Below are positions 37,163-45,295 of a stretch of DNA of 64,000 nucleotides, piece by piece. The position numbers and the translations under genes were made by a program. Position 1 is the stretch's first letter; every line of letters starts with the position of its first letter. The notes under the pieces were generated by a model. It was given only the letters and a program-made list of their open reading frames with translations, had not been told where the DNA came from and did no database searches. The DNA comes from Bacilli bacterium (lineage in GTDB: Bacteria > Bacillota_I > Bacilli_A > RFN20 > CAG-826): the NCBI GenBank assembly GCA_035647455.1, contig DASRNI010000028.1, positions 138,736 through 202,735 of the forward strand, in the 5' to 3' direction.

Positions 37163-37934
37163 AAAAGAACTAGAGCATAGCATTAAAGCGGCACGAATTG
37201 CTGGCGAACTTATTATGAGTTATTACAAAAAAGACTTTGCAATTGAAACAAAAAGTGATAATTCACCGGTTACCGAAGCCGACGAAGCTGCAGATCTTGC
37301 AATTCGTGAATATTTAGCGCCAAAGTTCCCAACGTATAGTTTTTTAACTGAAGAAGGTGTTGATGATTTAGACCGGCTTAAAAATAGTCACGTCTTTATT
37401 GTTGATCCAATTGATGGGACACGCCACTTTATTAATCGTGATGGTGAGTTTACAGTTAACATTGCTTTAAGTGTTAATGGTGAAGTTAAAGTCGGCGTTA
37501 TTTATGTACCGGTGACAGAAGAACTTTATTATGCGGTTAAAGGTGGCGGAGCATATCGGCTTACAAGTGATAACATTGCGCATAAAATACAAGTAAATGA
37601 TAAGACGGAAAACTTAACGATTTCCTGCTCAATTCATCACCAACATGTGACTGAAATTGCTTTCATTGAGCGTAACAAAGATATTATTAGTAACACTGTC
37701 TCGCTTGGCTCAACGTTAAAAGCGATTAAAATAGCTGAAGGTGAAATTGAAATGTTTTATCGCGGTAGCCGGGGTACGAAAGAATGGGACGTTGCCGCTA
37801 GTGACATAATTGTTACTGAAGCGGGTGGCTTATTCATCAACCACGATGGAACTAAAATCATTTATAACAAACAAGACGTCAATAATTACAACGGATATTT
37901 AATTGTTAATCGAAAGGAGAATATTCGCCAATGA
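37155..37934 (+). CDS. Inositol monophosphatase / CysQ-family 3'(2'),5'-bisphosphate nucleotidase-like protein
   Basis: SPVTEADEAA, FLTEEG, DPIDGT and EWDVAA motifs. Overlaps the nrnA stop (GTG 37152 is also possible). Confidence 0.8.
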   Translation: MYKKELEHSIKAARIAGELIMSYYKKDFAIETKSDNSPVTEADEAADLAIREYLAPKFPTYSFLTEEGVDDLDRLKNSHVFIVDPIDGTRHFINRDGEFTVNIALSVNGEVKVGVIYVPVTEELYYAVKGGGAYRLTSDNIAHKIQVNDKTENLTISCSIHHQHVTEIAFIERNKDIISNTVSLGSTLKAIKIAEGEIEMFYRGSRGTKEWDVAASDIIVTEAGGLFINHDGTKIIYNKQDVNNYNGYLIVNRKENIRQ

Positions 37935-39442
37935 GAAAAATGAAATTTGCCGCAATTACAATGACATTAGCGGCGTTACTTATTACTAGCTGTAAAAACT
38001 CTTCAGATTCATCTGCGAGTAGTGGACCAACAATTTATGAAGAACCTGTATATGAAAGATACGATGATAGTCAATATGCAGCTAATGTTGATAGCGAAGG
38101 TTATTCTTTAATTGATATTTACGGTTTAAACGACTTTCATGGTGCTTTAGCCCGTAATGAAGATGAACAATACCCGGGAATTGCTCGCTTAAACAAGTAT
38201 TTGCTTAATGAGCGTGAGCAAAATAAAGGTGGAACCGTCTTTATCGCTTCTGGTGATATGTGGCAAGGAAGTGCTGAATCAAATATTAGCCGCGGCAAAA
38301 TTGTTAATGAAACAATGAACTACATGGGTTTTGAAGCAATGGCGCTCGGTAATCATGAGTTTGATTGGTCAATTGAGCAAATTGAAATTAATCGTGCGGA
38401 AGCGCTTTTCCCGTATTTAGGCAGCAATATTATTTATGAAGATAGTCGTGAACGCGTTGACTTTGTTGATGACTCACCACTCATTGAGCGTGACGGTGTC
38501 AAAATTGGGATTATCGGCACGATGGGTAGTGACTTAGAAGACACAATTCAAACAAGTTTAATCGAAAACATTGAATTTGATTTAATGACAAGTTACGTTG
38601 AAGAAGAAGCGGCAAGTTTACGTGCACAAGGTGCAGATATCGTCATTCTCGCGACACATGACTCGTGGGTTGAAAGTTCGCTTCGACCGGAACGCTTAGA
38701 TCTTTTAAATAACAAAACAATTGATGCTGTGTTTGGCGGTCATCAACATGTTTACGACAAACATGAACGTAACGGCATTCCGATTTTACAAACTAATGCT
38801 TATGGTCGCGCAGTAATGCATGTTCAATTTCGTTATAACAAAACAACAAAAGACTTACAAGTTGGTACTTATGATGTTGTTGAAGATATTTTTACAATGG
38901 ATTTAGGGGAAGACAAAATTACCCAAGATATTTATAACTATTATTACCAAGAGTTTGCGATTGATGAAATAAAAAATGAAGTTGTTGGTAATTTAATTAA
39001 TCGTGATTTAAACCGTTCGGCAATTGCCCGCTTAGCGGTCAAAGTAATGCATGATGCATACGAGAAAGATAATGTTGTTGGCGCTTTCCATAACATTAAT
39101 GGTGGTGTCCGAGTCGAGAAGATGGTCCAAGGTCCAGTTACATATGGCCAAATTTATCAAGCTTTTCCGTTTGATAACGAAATCTACATTGTTCGTTTAA
39201 TTGGCGTGCGACTTAAGGGCTTAATGTCGTTTGCCGGTAACTTTGCATACCATTTTTCAATTGATTATAATGACGTCGAAGATTTTGAGTACTATTACGT
39301 CGCGACAATTAGTTTTATTTATGAAATGGATGGTTCGCCAGTTAGTGGCACCCAATTTGAAAATAAAGGCACGTTTACACGCGACTTAATTGCTGATTAT
39401 TTCCGAGCTGCACAAAATGTTGATGGAAATGAGTATTACTAA
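37931..39442 (+). CDS. Lipoprotein, 5'-nucleotidase/UshA-family metallophosphatase
   Basis: Lipobox LLITSC. NDFHG, GDMWQGS, GNHEFD and GGHQH metallophosphatase motifs. C-terminal 5'-nucleotidase domain (AFPFDNE). Confidence 0.8.
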   Translation: MRKMKFAAITMTLAALLITSCKNSSDSSASSGPTIYEEPVYERYDDSQYAANVDSEGYSLIDIYGLNDFHGALARNEDEQYPGIARLNKYLLNEREQNKGGTVFIASGDMWQGSAESNISRGKIVNETMNYMGFEAMALGNHEFDWSIEQIEINRAEALFPYLGSNIIYEDSRERVDFVDDSPLIERDGVKIGIIGTMGSDLEDTIQTSLIENIEFDLMTSYVEEEAASLRAQGADIVILATHDSWVESSLRPERLDLLNNKTIDAVFGGHQHVYDKHERNGIPILQTNAYGRAVMHVQFRYNKTTKDLQVGTYDVVEDIFTMDLGEDKITQDIYNYYYQEFAIDEIKNEVVGNLINRDLNRSAIARLAVKVMHDAYEKDNVVGAFHNINGGVRVEKMVQGPVTYGQIYQAFPFDNEIYIVRLIGVRLKGLMSFAGNFAYHFSIDYNDVEDFEYYYVATISFIYEMDGSPVSGTQFENKGTFTRDLIADYFRAAQNVDGNEYY

Positions 39443-41103
39443 TGCGCAACAAATTTAAAATATTATTACCGCTGATATTATTAGTTTTATCAGGATGTGA
39501 AAATAGTAGTTCAAGTGGTAATTTAAGTAGCAGTGTTTCAACGAGTGAAAAACAGTCCGAAGTGATTTCTTCAAGTGAAACGAGCGAAGTTATTCCGAGT
39601 TCAGAAACTAGTTCAAGCGAAGAAGTTCCCCCAGTTACAAGTGACGAGCCGTTAAGCAGTAGTGAAGAAATCCCACCTATTACGAGTGAAGTATCGTCGA
39701 ATACAAGTGAAGAGATTTCATCAAGTTCTAGTGAACACTTTGGTGATGAACGCACAATTAATTTTTACGGGTTGAATGATTTCCATGGTGCAATTATCGA
39801 AACAGATAATGAACCAGGGATATTTAAATATAGTTCGTTTTTAAAAGAAAAAATAACCGAAAATCCCGGTGGCACGGTGCATTTAAATGCCGGTGACTTC
39901 TGGCAGGGGAGCGTTGAATCAAACTTGAACCGCGGTGAATTTTTAACGAAAGCAATGAACGAGCTTTCGCTTGATGCATTTGCTCTCGGCAACCATGAGT
40001 TTGATTGGTATGACACTGCAATTATGGATAATAAAGCTATTGCTAACTATCCTTTCCTTGGTGCCAATATTATTAATAAGTCTACTGGGGAACTTGCGCA
40101 GAGCATCGTTCATTATGATGATACGTTCCAAGCTAGCCATATGGTTAATAAAAATGGTGTTAATATTGGCATTATTGGGACAATTGGGAGCGATCTTGAA
40201 AGTTCGATTTTAGGTTTAGCGATAGCTGACTATTCGTTTGAACCAGTAACGAGTTATGTAAAAAACGAATCATTGAACTTACGTGAACAAGGCGCTGATA
40301 TTGTTATTCTCGTTACGCATGACTCACTAAAGAATTTCACGATGTCGCATACGTATAACGAATATTACGACATATTTGCTAACGAATATGTTGACGCTGT
40401 CTTTAGTGGTCACCAACACGTCGAAGATAACCGTGTATTAAACGGAATACCTGTTTTACAAGCATGGGCTTACGGTGGTGGTGTGATGGAGTTAGAACTA
40501 AATTACAACGTACGCACAAAAGAAAAGGTGTTCACGCATCAAGCCGTGCGTAGTGGTTGGGACATTAAGCGTTACGAAGAAGATCCAGCGATGAAGGCGC
40601 TTTTCGCGCCGTATGAAGATGAAATTGAGACGGTGAAAAATGAAGTAATCGGCTCACTAACTAGTAACATCACAAAAGAAGGGCTTCTGAATCTAGCTAA
40701 TCAAGTAATGTATGAATACGGTGTTAACGCGGGTCTGGAAAATATTGTTGTGACTCATAATCGCGGTGGTGTTCGTCTTAACGCTGGCATCTCTGGCGGC
40801 GACGTAATCTTTGGCGATATTTACCGTGCTTTTCCGTTTGATAATGAATTAATGATTATTCCGAATGTTTTAGGAAGTGACTTGAATCGGTTTATTCGCG
40901 GTGACTACAAAGGCTACCCGCAAGGTAGTTATGAAGCGAATAAGCGATACACATTACTAACACTTGATTTTATGAGTTATCGCGAAGGTGCTTTTACGCT
41001 AGAGTTGGAACAAATATCAACCCAAGCTTATATTCGTGACTTAATTCGTGACTATTTCCTTAGTGAAGGTGTGGTAGACGCTAATTACTTTAATTCTTAT
41101 TAA
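39442..41103 (+). CDS. Lipoprotein, 5'-nucleotidase/UshA-family metallophosphatase paralog with a Ser/Glu/Pro-rich linker
   Basis: Lipobox VLSGC. NDFHG, GDFWQGS, GNHEFD, GHQH and AFPFDNE. TAATG overlap with the upstream paralog. Confidence 0.8.
   Translation: MRNKFKILLPLILLVLSGCENSSSSGNLSSSVSTSEKQSEVISSSETSEVIPSSETSSSEEVPPVTSDEPLSSSEEIPPITSEVSSNTSEEISSSSSEHFGDERTINFYGLNDFHGAIIETDNEPGIFKYSSFLKEKITENPGGTVHLNAGDFWQGSVESNLNRGEFLTKAMNELSLDAFALGNHEFDWYDTAIMDNKAIANYPFLGANIINKSTGELAQSIVHYDDTFQASHMVNKNGVNIGIIGTIGSDLESSILGLAIADYSFEPVTSYVKNESLNLREQGADIVILVTHDSLKNFTMSHTYNEYYDIFANEYVDAVFSGHQHVEDNRVLNGIPVLQAWAYGGGVMELELNYNVRTKEKVFTHQAVRSGWDIKRYEEDPAMKALFAPYEDEIETVKNEVIGSLTSNITKEGLLNLANQVMYEYGVNAGLENIVVTHNRGGVRLNAGISGGDVIFGDIYRAFPFDNELMIIPNVLGSDLNRFIRGDYKGYPQGSYEANKRYTLLTLDFMSYREGAFTLELEQISTQAYIRDLIRDYFLSEGVVDANYFNSY
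39499..39735 (+). repeat. Low-complexity, imperfectly repeated Ser/Glu/Pro-rich coding linker
   Basis: Encodes ENSSSSGNLSSSVSTSEKQSEVISSSETSEVIPSSETSSSEEVPPVTSDEPLSSSEEIPPITSEVSSNTSEEISSSSSE. Units like SSEE(V/I)PP(V/I)TS(D/E) recur, and the DNA is rich in AGTGAA/AGCGAA units. Confidence 0.8.
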
Positions 41104-41123
41104 TTTAACTTAAAAAGACAACA

Positions 41124-41160
41124 AAAAAACCGTGGGTTTTAGTTATCCACGGTTTTCTTT
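41124..41160. terminator. Bidirectional intrinsic terminator (5'-nucleotidase operon / nfu)
   Basis: AAACCGTGG ... CCACGGTTT hairpin with an A-run upstream and a T-rich tract downstream. Lies between convergent genes. Confidence 0.7.
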
Positions 41161-41164
41161 AATG

Positions 41165-41404
41165 TTAATCAACGAGAATAATACCGAGAACACCAGGAAC
41201 TTCTTCCATTAAGAGCTCTTCGATACCAAACTCAAGTGTCTGGTCAACATAGGCACAGCCGTCACAAGCACCTTTCATTTTGACGTAGACAAAGCCATCT
41301 TCAAAGGAAACAAATTCAATGTCACCGCCATGGCTTTGTAAATAGGGCCGAATTCGTCCTAAGAGTAACTTAATATGATTTTCGTGTTTTTCTTGTTCTG
41401 TCAT
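41165..41404 (-). CDS. nfu: NifU-like (Nfu) Fe-S cluster carrier domain protein
   Basis: 79 aa: IRPYLQSHGGDIEFVSFEDGFVYVKMKGACDGC. Confidence 0.85.
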   Translation of the reverse strand: MTEQEKHENHIKLLLGRIRPYLQSHGGDIEFVSFEDGFVYVKMKGACDGCAYVDQTLEFGIEELLMEEVPGVLGIILVD

Positions 41405-41410
41405 AAAATA

Positions 41411-41419
41411 ATTATATCA
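41411..41419 (-). promoter_or_regulatory. Extended -10 element placed for leaderless nfu mRNA
   Basis: The minus strand reads TGaTATAAT, then 6 nt (tatttt), then ATG (41404). No SD. Confidence 0.45.
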
Positions 41420-41611
41420 AAATAATTATAAAACCAAGGTAGATGCGCAATGAAAAATTCACCTTTCTTTAATGCTGAAAAATAGGAAAAGTTTGTTATA
41501 AACCTTTCGATAGTGTAACAATTTGAGCCTAAATTTATAAAATAATGTAGTCGCAGGATTTTTAATCCTGGAAAAATAACTTTATTAGCGTGAAACACAA
41601 AAAAGCTGAAA

Positions 41612-41642
41612 CAAAGAAAAAACAAGCCATTTATGGCTTGTT
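41612..41642 (-). terminator. Intrinsic terminator downstream of the tRNA cluster
   Basis: On the minus strand: AACAAGCC ataaat GGCTTGTT followed by TTTTTCTTTG. Confidence 0.7.
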
Positions 41643-41654
41643 TTAACGTTTTGA

Positions 41655-41741
41655 TGGTGCCCGGAGCCGGACTTGAACCGGCACGATGTCGCCATCGCAG
41701 GATTTTAAGTCCTGTGCGTCTACCTGTTCCGCCATCTGGGC
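41655..41741 (-). tRNA. tRNA-Leu (anticodon UAA), CCA encoded
   Basis: The reverse complement folds as a class II tRNA: GCCCAGATGGCGGAACAGGTAGACGCACAGGA CTTAAAA TCCTG..long variable arm..GGTTCAAGTCC..GGGCACCA. Confidence 0.9.
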
Positions 41742-41745
41742 GAGA

Positions 41746-41821
41746 TGGTCTCCCGTGCAAGACTCGAACTTGCGGCCCTTTGATTAAAAGTCAAATGCTC
41801 TACCACCTGAGCTAACGGGAG
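41746..41821 (-). tRNA. tRNA-Lys (anticodon UUU), CCA encoded
   Basis: Reverse complement: CTCCCGTTAGCTCAGGTGGTAGAGCATTTGA CTTTTAA TCAAA..GTTCGAGTC..ACGGGAGACCA. Confidence 0.9.
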
Positions 41822-41825
41822 ATGT

Positions 41826-41900
41826 TGGCTGGGGCACCTAGGATCGAACTAGGGAATGACGGAGTCAAAGTCCGTTGCCTTACCGCTTGGCTATGCCCCA
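41826..41900 (-). tRNA. tRNA-Gln (anticodon UUG), CCA encoded
   Basis: Reverse complement: TGGGGCATAGCCAAGCGGTAAGGCAACGGA CTTTGAC TCCGT..GTTCGATCC..TGCCCCAGCCA. U1:A72 as is usual for bacterial tRNA-Gln. Confidence 0.9.
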
Positions 41901-41909
41901 ACATCGTAA

Positions 41910-41993
41910 TGGTGGGGGAGGGCGGATTTGAACCACCGAACCCTAAGGAACTGATTTACAGTCAGCCGCGTTTGACCACTTCGCTACTCCCCC
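41910..41993 (-). tRNA. tRNA-Tyr (anticodon GUA), long variable arm, CCA encoded
   Basis: Reverse complement: GGGGGAGTAGCGAAGTGGTCAAACGCGGCTGA CTGTAAA TCAGT..GGTTCAAATCC..CTCCCCCACCA. Confidence 0.9.
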
Positions 41994-42010
41994 AGCAGAA
42001 TTTACTTGAC

Positions 42011-42086
42011 TGGTGGATGTTGAGGGACTTGAACCCCCGACCTCCGCCGTGTAAAGGCGATGCTCTCCCAACTGAGCTAAACATCC
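42011..42086 (-). tRNA. tRNA-Val (anticodon UAC), CCA encoded
   Basis: Reverse complement: GGATGTTTAGCTCAGTTGGGAGAGCATCGCC TTTACAC GGCGG..GGTTCAAGTCC..AACATCCACCA. Confidence 0.9.
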
Positions 42087-42166
42087 GCTATATCTAGCAA
42101 ATATGCTTTATTAGATTACCATTGTCTAACTTTATAGTCAACTATAATCACTATATGAATATAGTG

Positions 42167-43435
42167 TTATTTTTTACCTAATAAAGCAAACATATTGCGT
42201 TTGTAAACTTCAACGCCTGGTTGGTCAAATGGATTGATTTCTAAGAGATATGCACTAACTGCACAAGAACGCATGAAGAAATAAAATAAATAACCAAGTG
42301 TTTTAGCATCCATTTTATTTATTTCGAAAATAATGTTTGGGACATTACCTTCAAGAACATGCGCATCACGAGTACCGATAAAAGCTTTTTCGTTCACGAA
42401 TGCTAAATTTTTACCGGCTAAATAATTAAGTTCATCATAATCCTTTTCTGCGTGGGGAATTACGATATCATCATTTGGCTCATTTACATAAAATACTGTT
42501 TCAAATAAAACCGGAGAACCATCTTGAATAAATTGGCCTAAACTATGTAAGTCGGTTGAAAATGTGACTGATCCAGGGAAGAGTCCTTTTCTTTCCTTTC
42601 CTTCGCTTTCGCCATAAAGCTGTTTTAGCCATTCATTAAACATCGCAAATTGTGGTTCATACGCGACAAAAAGTTCAACGTGGTAACCGTTACGATAAAG
42701 ATAATCACGCGTAATTGCGTATTTGTAAAGCGGATGGTTTAAATTACTAATGCTTTCTTCATAAGCAAGAAGTGCTCCCGCCATTAAGTCACTAATATTA
42801 ACCCCGCTAACGGCAATTGGTAGTAAACCAACAGCAGTTAAGACACTATAGCGACCACCAATATCACTAGGAAGAGTGAATGTTTTGTAATTATTTAGGA
42901 GTGAGAGTTCGCGAAGTGCGCCTGTTTTGGTATCTGTTGTCGCAAAGATAGCTTCTTTTGCCTTTGTTTCACCGACTTTTTTAATTAATAAATCTTTAAC
43001 TAAACGGAAGGCAATACTTGTCTCTGTTGTTGTGCCGCTTTTGGAAATAACATTAATCGCAAAGTTACGATTTTCTAAATACTTAAGTGTTTGTGCGGTT
43101 AAGTTTGGTGAAAAAGTATGACCAAGAAAAATTACTTCGACTTTGTTTGTTGGCAGCAAACCATTAAGTGCTTCAATTGCTGCGCGTGCGCCTAAGTAAG
43201 AGCCACCAATACCGCAAACAACGAGCGTATCATAGTTGTTTTGAATATATTCTGCCGACTTTATAATTTCAGCAAATTCAGCCTGATCATAATTAGCGGG
43301 CCAAGTTGCCCAGCCAAGATAATCATTACCACGGCCGGTTTTATTAATAATTGCTTCATTAATAGTTTTAATTTTATTTTCGTAATCTTGATAATTAATA
43401 TCTTTCTGTAAAAAGTTTAAATTTAAGTTAATCAT
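42167..43435 (-). CDS. pgi: Glucose-6-phosphate isomerase
   Basis: 422 aa. LVVCGIGGSYLGARA, SKSGTTTE and GGRYS motifs. Confidence 0.95.
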   Translation of the reverse strand: MINLNLNFLQKDINYQDYENKIKTINEAIINKTGRGNDYLGWATWPANYDQAEFAEIIKSAEYIQNNYDTLVVCGIGGSYLGARAAIEALNGLLPTNKVEVIFLGHTFSPNLTAQTLKYLENRNFAINVISKSGTTTETSIAFRLVKDLLIKKVGETKAKEAIFATTDTKTGALRELSLLNNYKTFTLPSDIGGRYSVLTAVGLLPIAVSGVNISDLMAGALLAYEESISNLNHPLYKYAITRDYLYRNGYHVELFVAYEPQFAMFNEWLKQLYGESEGKERKGLFPGSVTFSTDLHSLGQFIQDGSPVLFETVFYVNEPNDDIVIPHAEKDYDELNYLAGKNLAFVNEKAFIGTRDAHVLEGNVPNIIFEINKMDAKTLGYLFYFFMRSCAVSAYLLEINPFDQPGVEVYKRNMFALLGKK

Positions 43436-43799
43436 CGTTTATTTCCTCCAATGCCTCATCAATCCATTCGGGTAGTTTATTTTTTAGTGGCTCAAAGTTA
43501 ATTTCTTGGGGATTGATTTTCGTGTGACGACGTGGTTTTGCGAAAATAATCCGTTCATTGTATGGTACATCTTTAAGCGAAAGACGAAAGAAGTTGTCAT
43601 CGGCATTTTTTTCAATTATTTTTACTTTTATGTCTGCACCATGCTTTAAATAAGTGTGTAAATTACTAATATAATTTTCACTTACTTGTTTAATGTGCAA
43701 AAAACCACTATAGCCTTTATCAAAAGTGATGACAGCACCATAATTTCTAATTTCACTGATTGTTCCAACAATAAAGTCGCCAACGTTATAATTTTGCAT
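43428..43799 (-). CDS. S1 RNA-binding domain protein (YugI/GSP13-like)
   Basis: N-terminal S1 fold: VGDFIVGTISEIRNYGAVITFDKGYSGFLHIKQVS. 8-nt overlap with the pgi start. Confidence 0.78.
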   Translation of the reverse strand: MQNYNVGDFIVGTISEIRNYGAVITFDKGYSGFLHIKQVSENYISNLHTYLKHGADIKVKIIEKNADDNFFRLSLKDVPYNERIIFAKPRRHTKINPQEINFEPLKNKLPEWIDEALEEINDD

Positions 43800-43801
43800 G
43801 C

Positions 43802-44635
43802 TTATCCAAGTATTGTTTTTTTGTAATCAATCTCACTTGCGACACGAATCCCGTCGATAATTAATTTAACAACAGTATCAATTACTGAACCTTCTTTATA
43901 ATCAGCTGGGCAAACGAAATTAACGCGGCCTTCATCATATAAATGCTGAACTGATTCGCGGTCACCTTTTTGGTAAACTGCAACCGAATGTCCACCGTTT
44001 TGCCGGACTAAAAGCATGACGGGTACGTCAGTCATTCCGTCACCAATATAAATAACATTTTTGCGGGGAATTCGTAGTTCATCTTGTTTACGGTTGACCG
44101 CCTGGTCATCAATGATATCAACGATTCCTTTTGTGATGCGGAAGTAGAATTGTGTTTTTGCTGTGTAATTAATTGCTAATTTAGGCCAAACAGGTACTTT
44201 GGTTTCGGGATCAAAGTAAAACTCACAACCAAAAATTTGCTTGAATTCTTTTGCAATGATTGAACCATCAATAATTTCCTTCGTGCCGCTACTAATTAAA
44301 TAGTGTTCGATTTTCACGCCTTTTTCTTCACCGTATTTATTAATGCGGTCAAACCAAGTAAGAACACCTTCAAAATATTGTAAATCTTTACCAAGCGAAT
44401 ATAAATACTCTTTCGTCAGCTTGATTCCTTTTTCTTTTGCTTCATTTACCATCATATACATATACGATAAAATCCGTTCAACACCAGTTTTTTCGGTAAA
44501 TTGTCCGGTTTTACCCCAAAATTCAGCAGGTGTCATCCCTAATGCGGGAATGAAACTATAATTTTGCATATCCTGATCAGTTAATGTTTTATCAAAGTCA
44601 TAAATTATTGCTGCGATACTTTCTTTTCTTGCCAT
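43802..44635 (-). CDS. HAD-superfamily hydrolase
   Basis: Motif I IYDFDKTLT and motif IV IGDGMTDVP. GGAGG SD. Confidence 0.7.
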   Translation of the reverse strand: MARKESIAAIIYDFDKTLTDQDMQNYSFIPALGMTPAEFWGKTGQFTEKTGVERILSYMYMMVNEAKEKGIKLTKEYLYSLGKDLQYFEGVLTWFDRINKYGEEKGVKIEHYLISSGTKEIIDGSIIAKEFKQIFGCEFYFDPETKVPVWPKLAINYTAKTQFYFRITKGIVDIIDDQAVNRKQDELRIPRKNVIYIGDGMTDVPVMLLVRQNGGHSVAVYQKGDRESVQHLYDEGRVNFVCPADYKEGSVIDTVVKLIIDGIRVASEIDYKKTILG

Positions 44636-44748
44636 AATAAAACCTCCATTAAAATATTATCATTATTGATAATATAAAGTCAAAAAAGGCTACTTTTAAG
44701 CAAACACACAAATGCGGTATGTTTTTTGGGACGAATCGTAAAATAATG

Positions 44749-44754
44749 TATAAT
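44749..44754 (+). promoter_or_regulatory. -10 element placed for leaderless LemA-like mRNA
   Basis: TATAAT, then 6 nt (aagctc), then ATG 44761. TTGGGA lies 17 nt upstream (44726-44731). None of the three candidate ATGs has an SD. Confidence 0.4.
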
Positions 44755-44760
44755 AAGCTC

Positions 44761-45234
44761 ATGGAAGTCTTTCTTTGGATTGTTGTCGGTCTTGCCGCAT
44801 TATACTTACTATTAACGTTTGTTTTTATGCATTTAAGTTTGGAGTACCGCAAAAAAATAAAAAACAGTGATGAAGTTATTGATTCACATATAAAATCGCA
44901 CATTTCACTGCTCGATTTATTAATTAATGATGTTAATAGCCACGTAAATATCAAGGAAAAAATAAGTCTTCCCTTTTTTAATGACGATAAAACAAAACTA
45001 ATAAAACAAGTCCAAGAACTTGATGAATTAATCCGGAAAACAATAACAGAACATAATTTAAGTTTTTTAGCGAAAAATAATTACTTAGGTGCACTTGATG
45101 AAAATACAAAATTACTTCGTGATGAAGTGTATCGTCATAATAGCTATGTGCAAAATTTTAATATAATTTGTGGCTCTTTTATTTTCTGGCCAATTGTCAA
45201 AATATTACGCCTACAAAAAAAAGATAAATATTAA
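44761..45234 (+). CDS. LemA-like membrane-anchored protein
   Basis: N-terminal TM helix (FLWIVVGLAALYLLLTFVF). The C-terminal YRHNSYVQNFNIICGSFIFWPIV resembles the LemA R.YN..V..FN..I..FP motif. The ORF opens at 44719, so the start is uncertain. Confidence 0.5.
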   Translation: MEVFLWIVVGLAALYLLLTFVFMHLSLEYRKKIKNSDEVIDSHIKSHISLLDLLINDVNSHVNIKEKISLPFFNDDKTKLIKQVQELDELIRKTITEHNLSFLAKNNYLGALDENTKLLRDEVYRHNSYVQNFNIICGSFIFWPIVKILRLQKKDKY

Positions 45235-45295
45235 TCCGCTTATTTTGCTTTTAGGCAAATTTAGTAATATAATTACTAAGTGAGAGAAGGTTATT

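Noticed and set aside
39375-39755. 126-aa antisense ORF rich in Ser/Leu opposite the 5'-nucleotidase genes
   Set aside because: It is the mirror image of the Ser/Glu-rich repeat linker, where AGT/GAA repeats read as ACT/TTC on the other strand. It spans the junction of two well-supported genes.
41551-41570. tRNA-like fragment TCGCAGGATTTTTAATCCTG resembling the anticodon arm of the neighbouring tRNA-Leu(UAA)
   Set aside because: Only about 20 nt of similarity, with a 9-nt loop and no D or T arms or acceptor stem. It could be a decayed tRNA remnant or simply a small hairpin, and there is not enough evidence to call a pseudogene.
41589-41597. parS-like half-site CGTGAAACA
   Set aside because: Only one half of the 16-bp palindrome TGTTTCACGTGAAACA matches. 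The other half (TTATTAG) matches at about 3 of 7 positions.
41401-42097. ORFs 41401-41760 (-), 41633-41815 (+) and 41822-42097 (+) from the six-frame track
   Set aside because: They run through five back-to-back tRNA genes (Val-Tyr-Gln-Lys-Leu on the minus strand) and their terminator. Their odd Pro/Arg/Gly-rich translations are artefacts of GC-rich tRNA sequence.
42149-42166. Hairpin CACTATAT-GA-ATATAGTG immediately after the pgi stop, as a terminator separating pgi from the tRNA cluster
   Set aside because: The stem is AT-rich and is not followed by a U-run on the minus strand. It may be a processing site or a weak pause. The evidence is insufficient for a terminator call, so read-through from pgi into the tRNA cluster remains possible.
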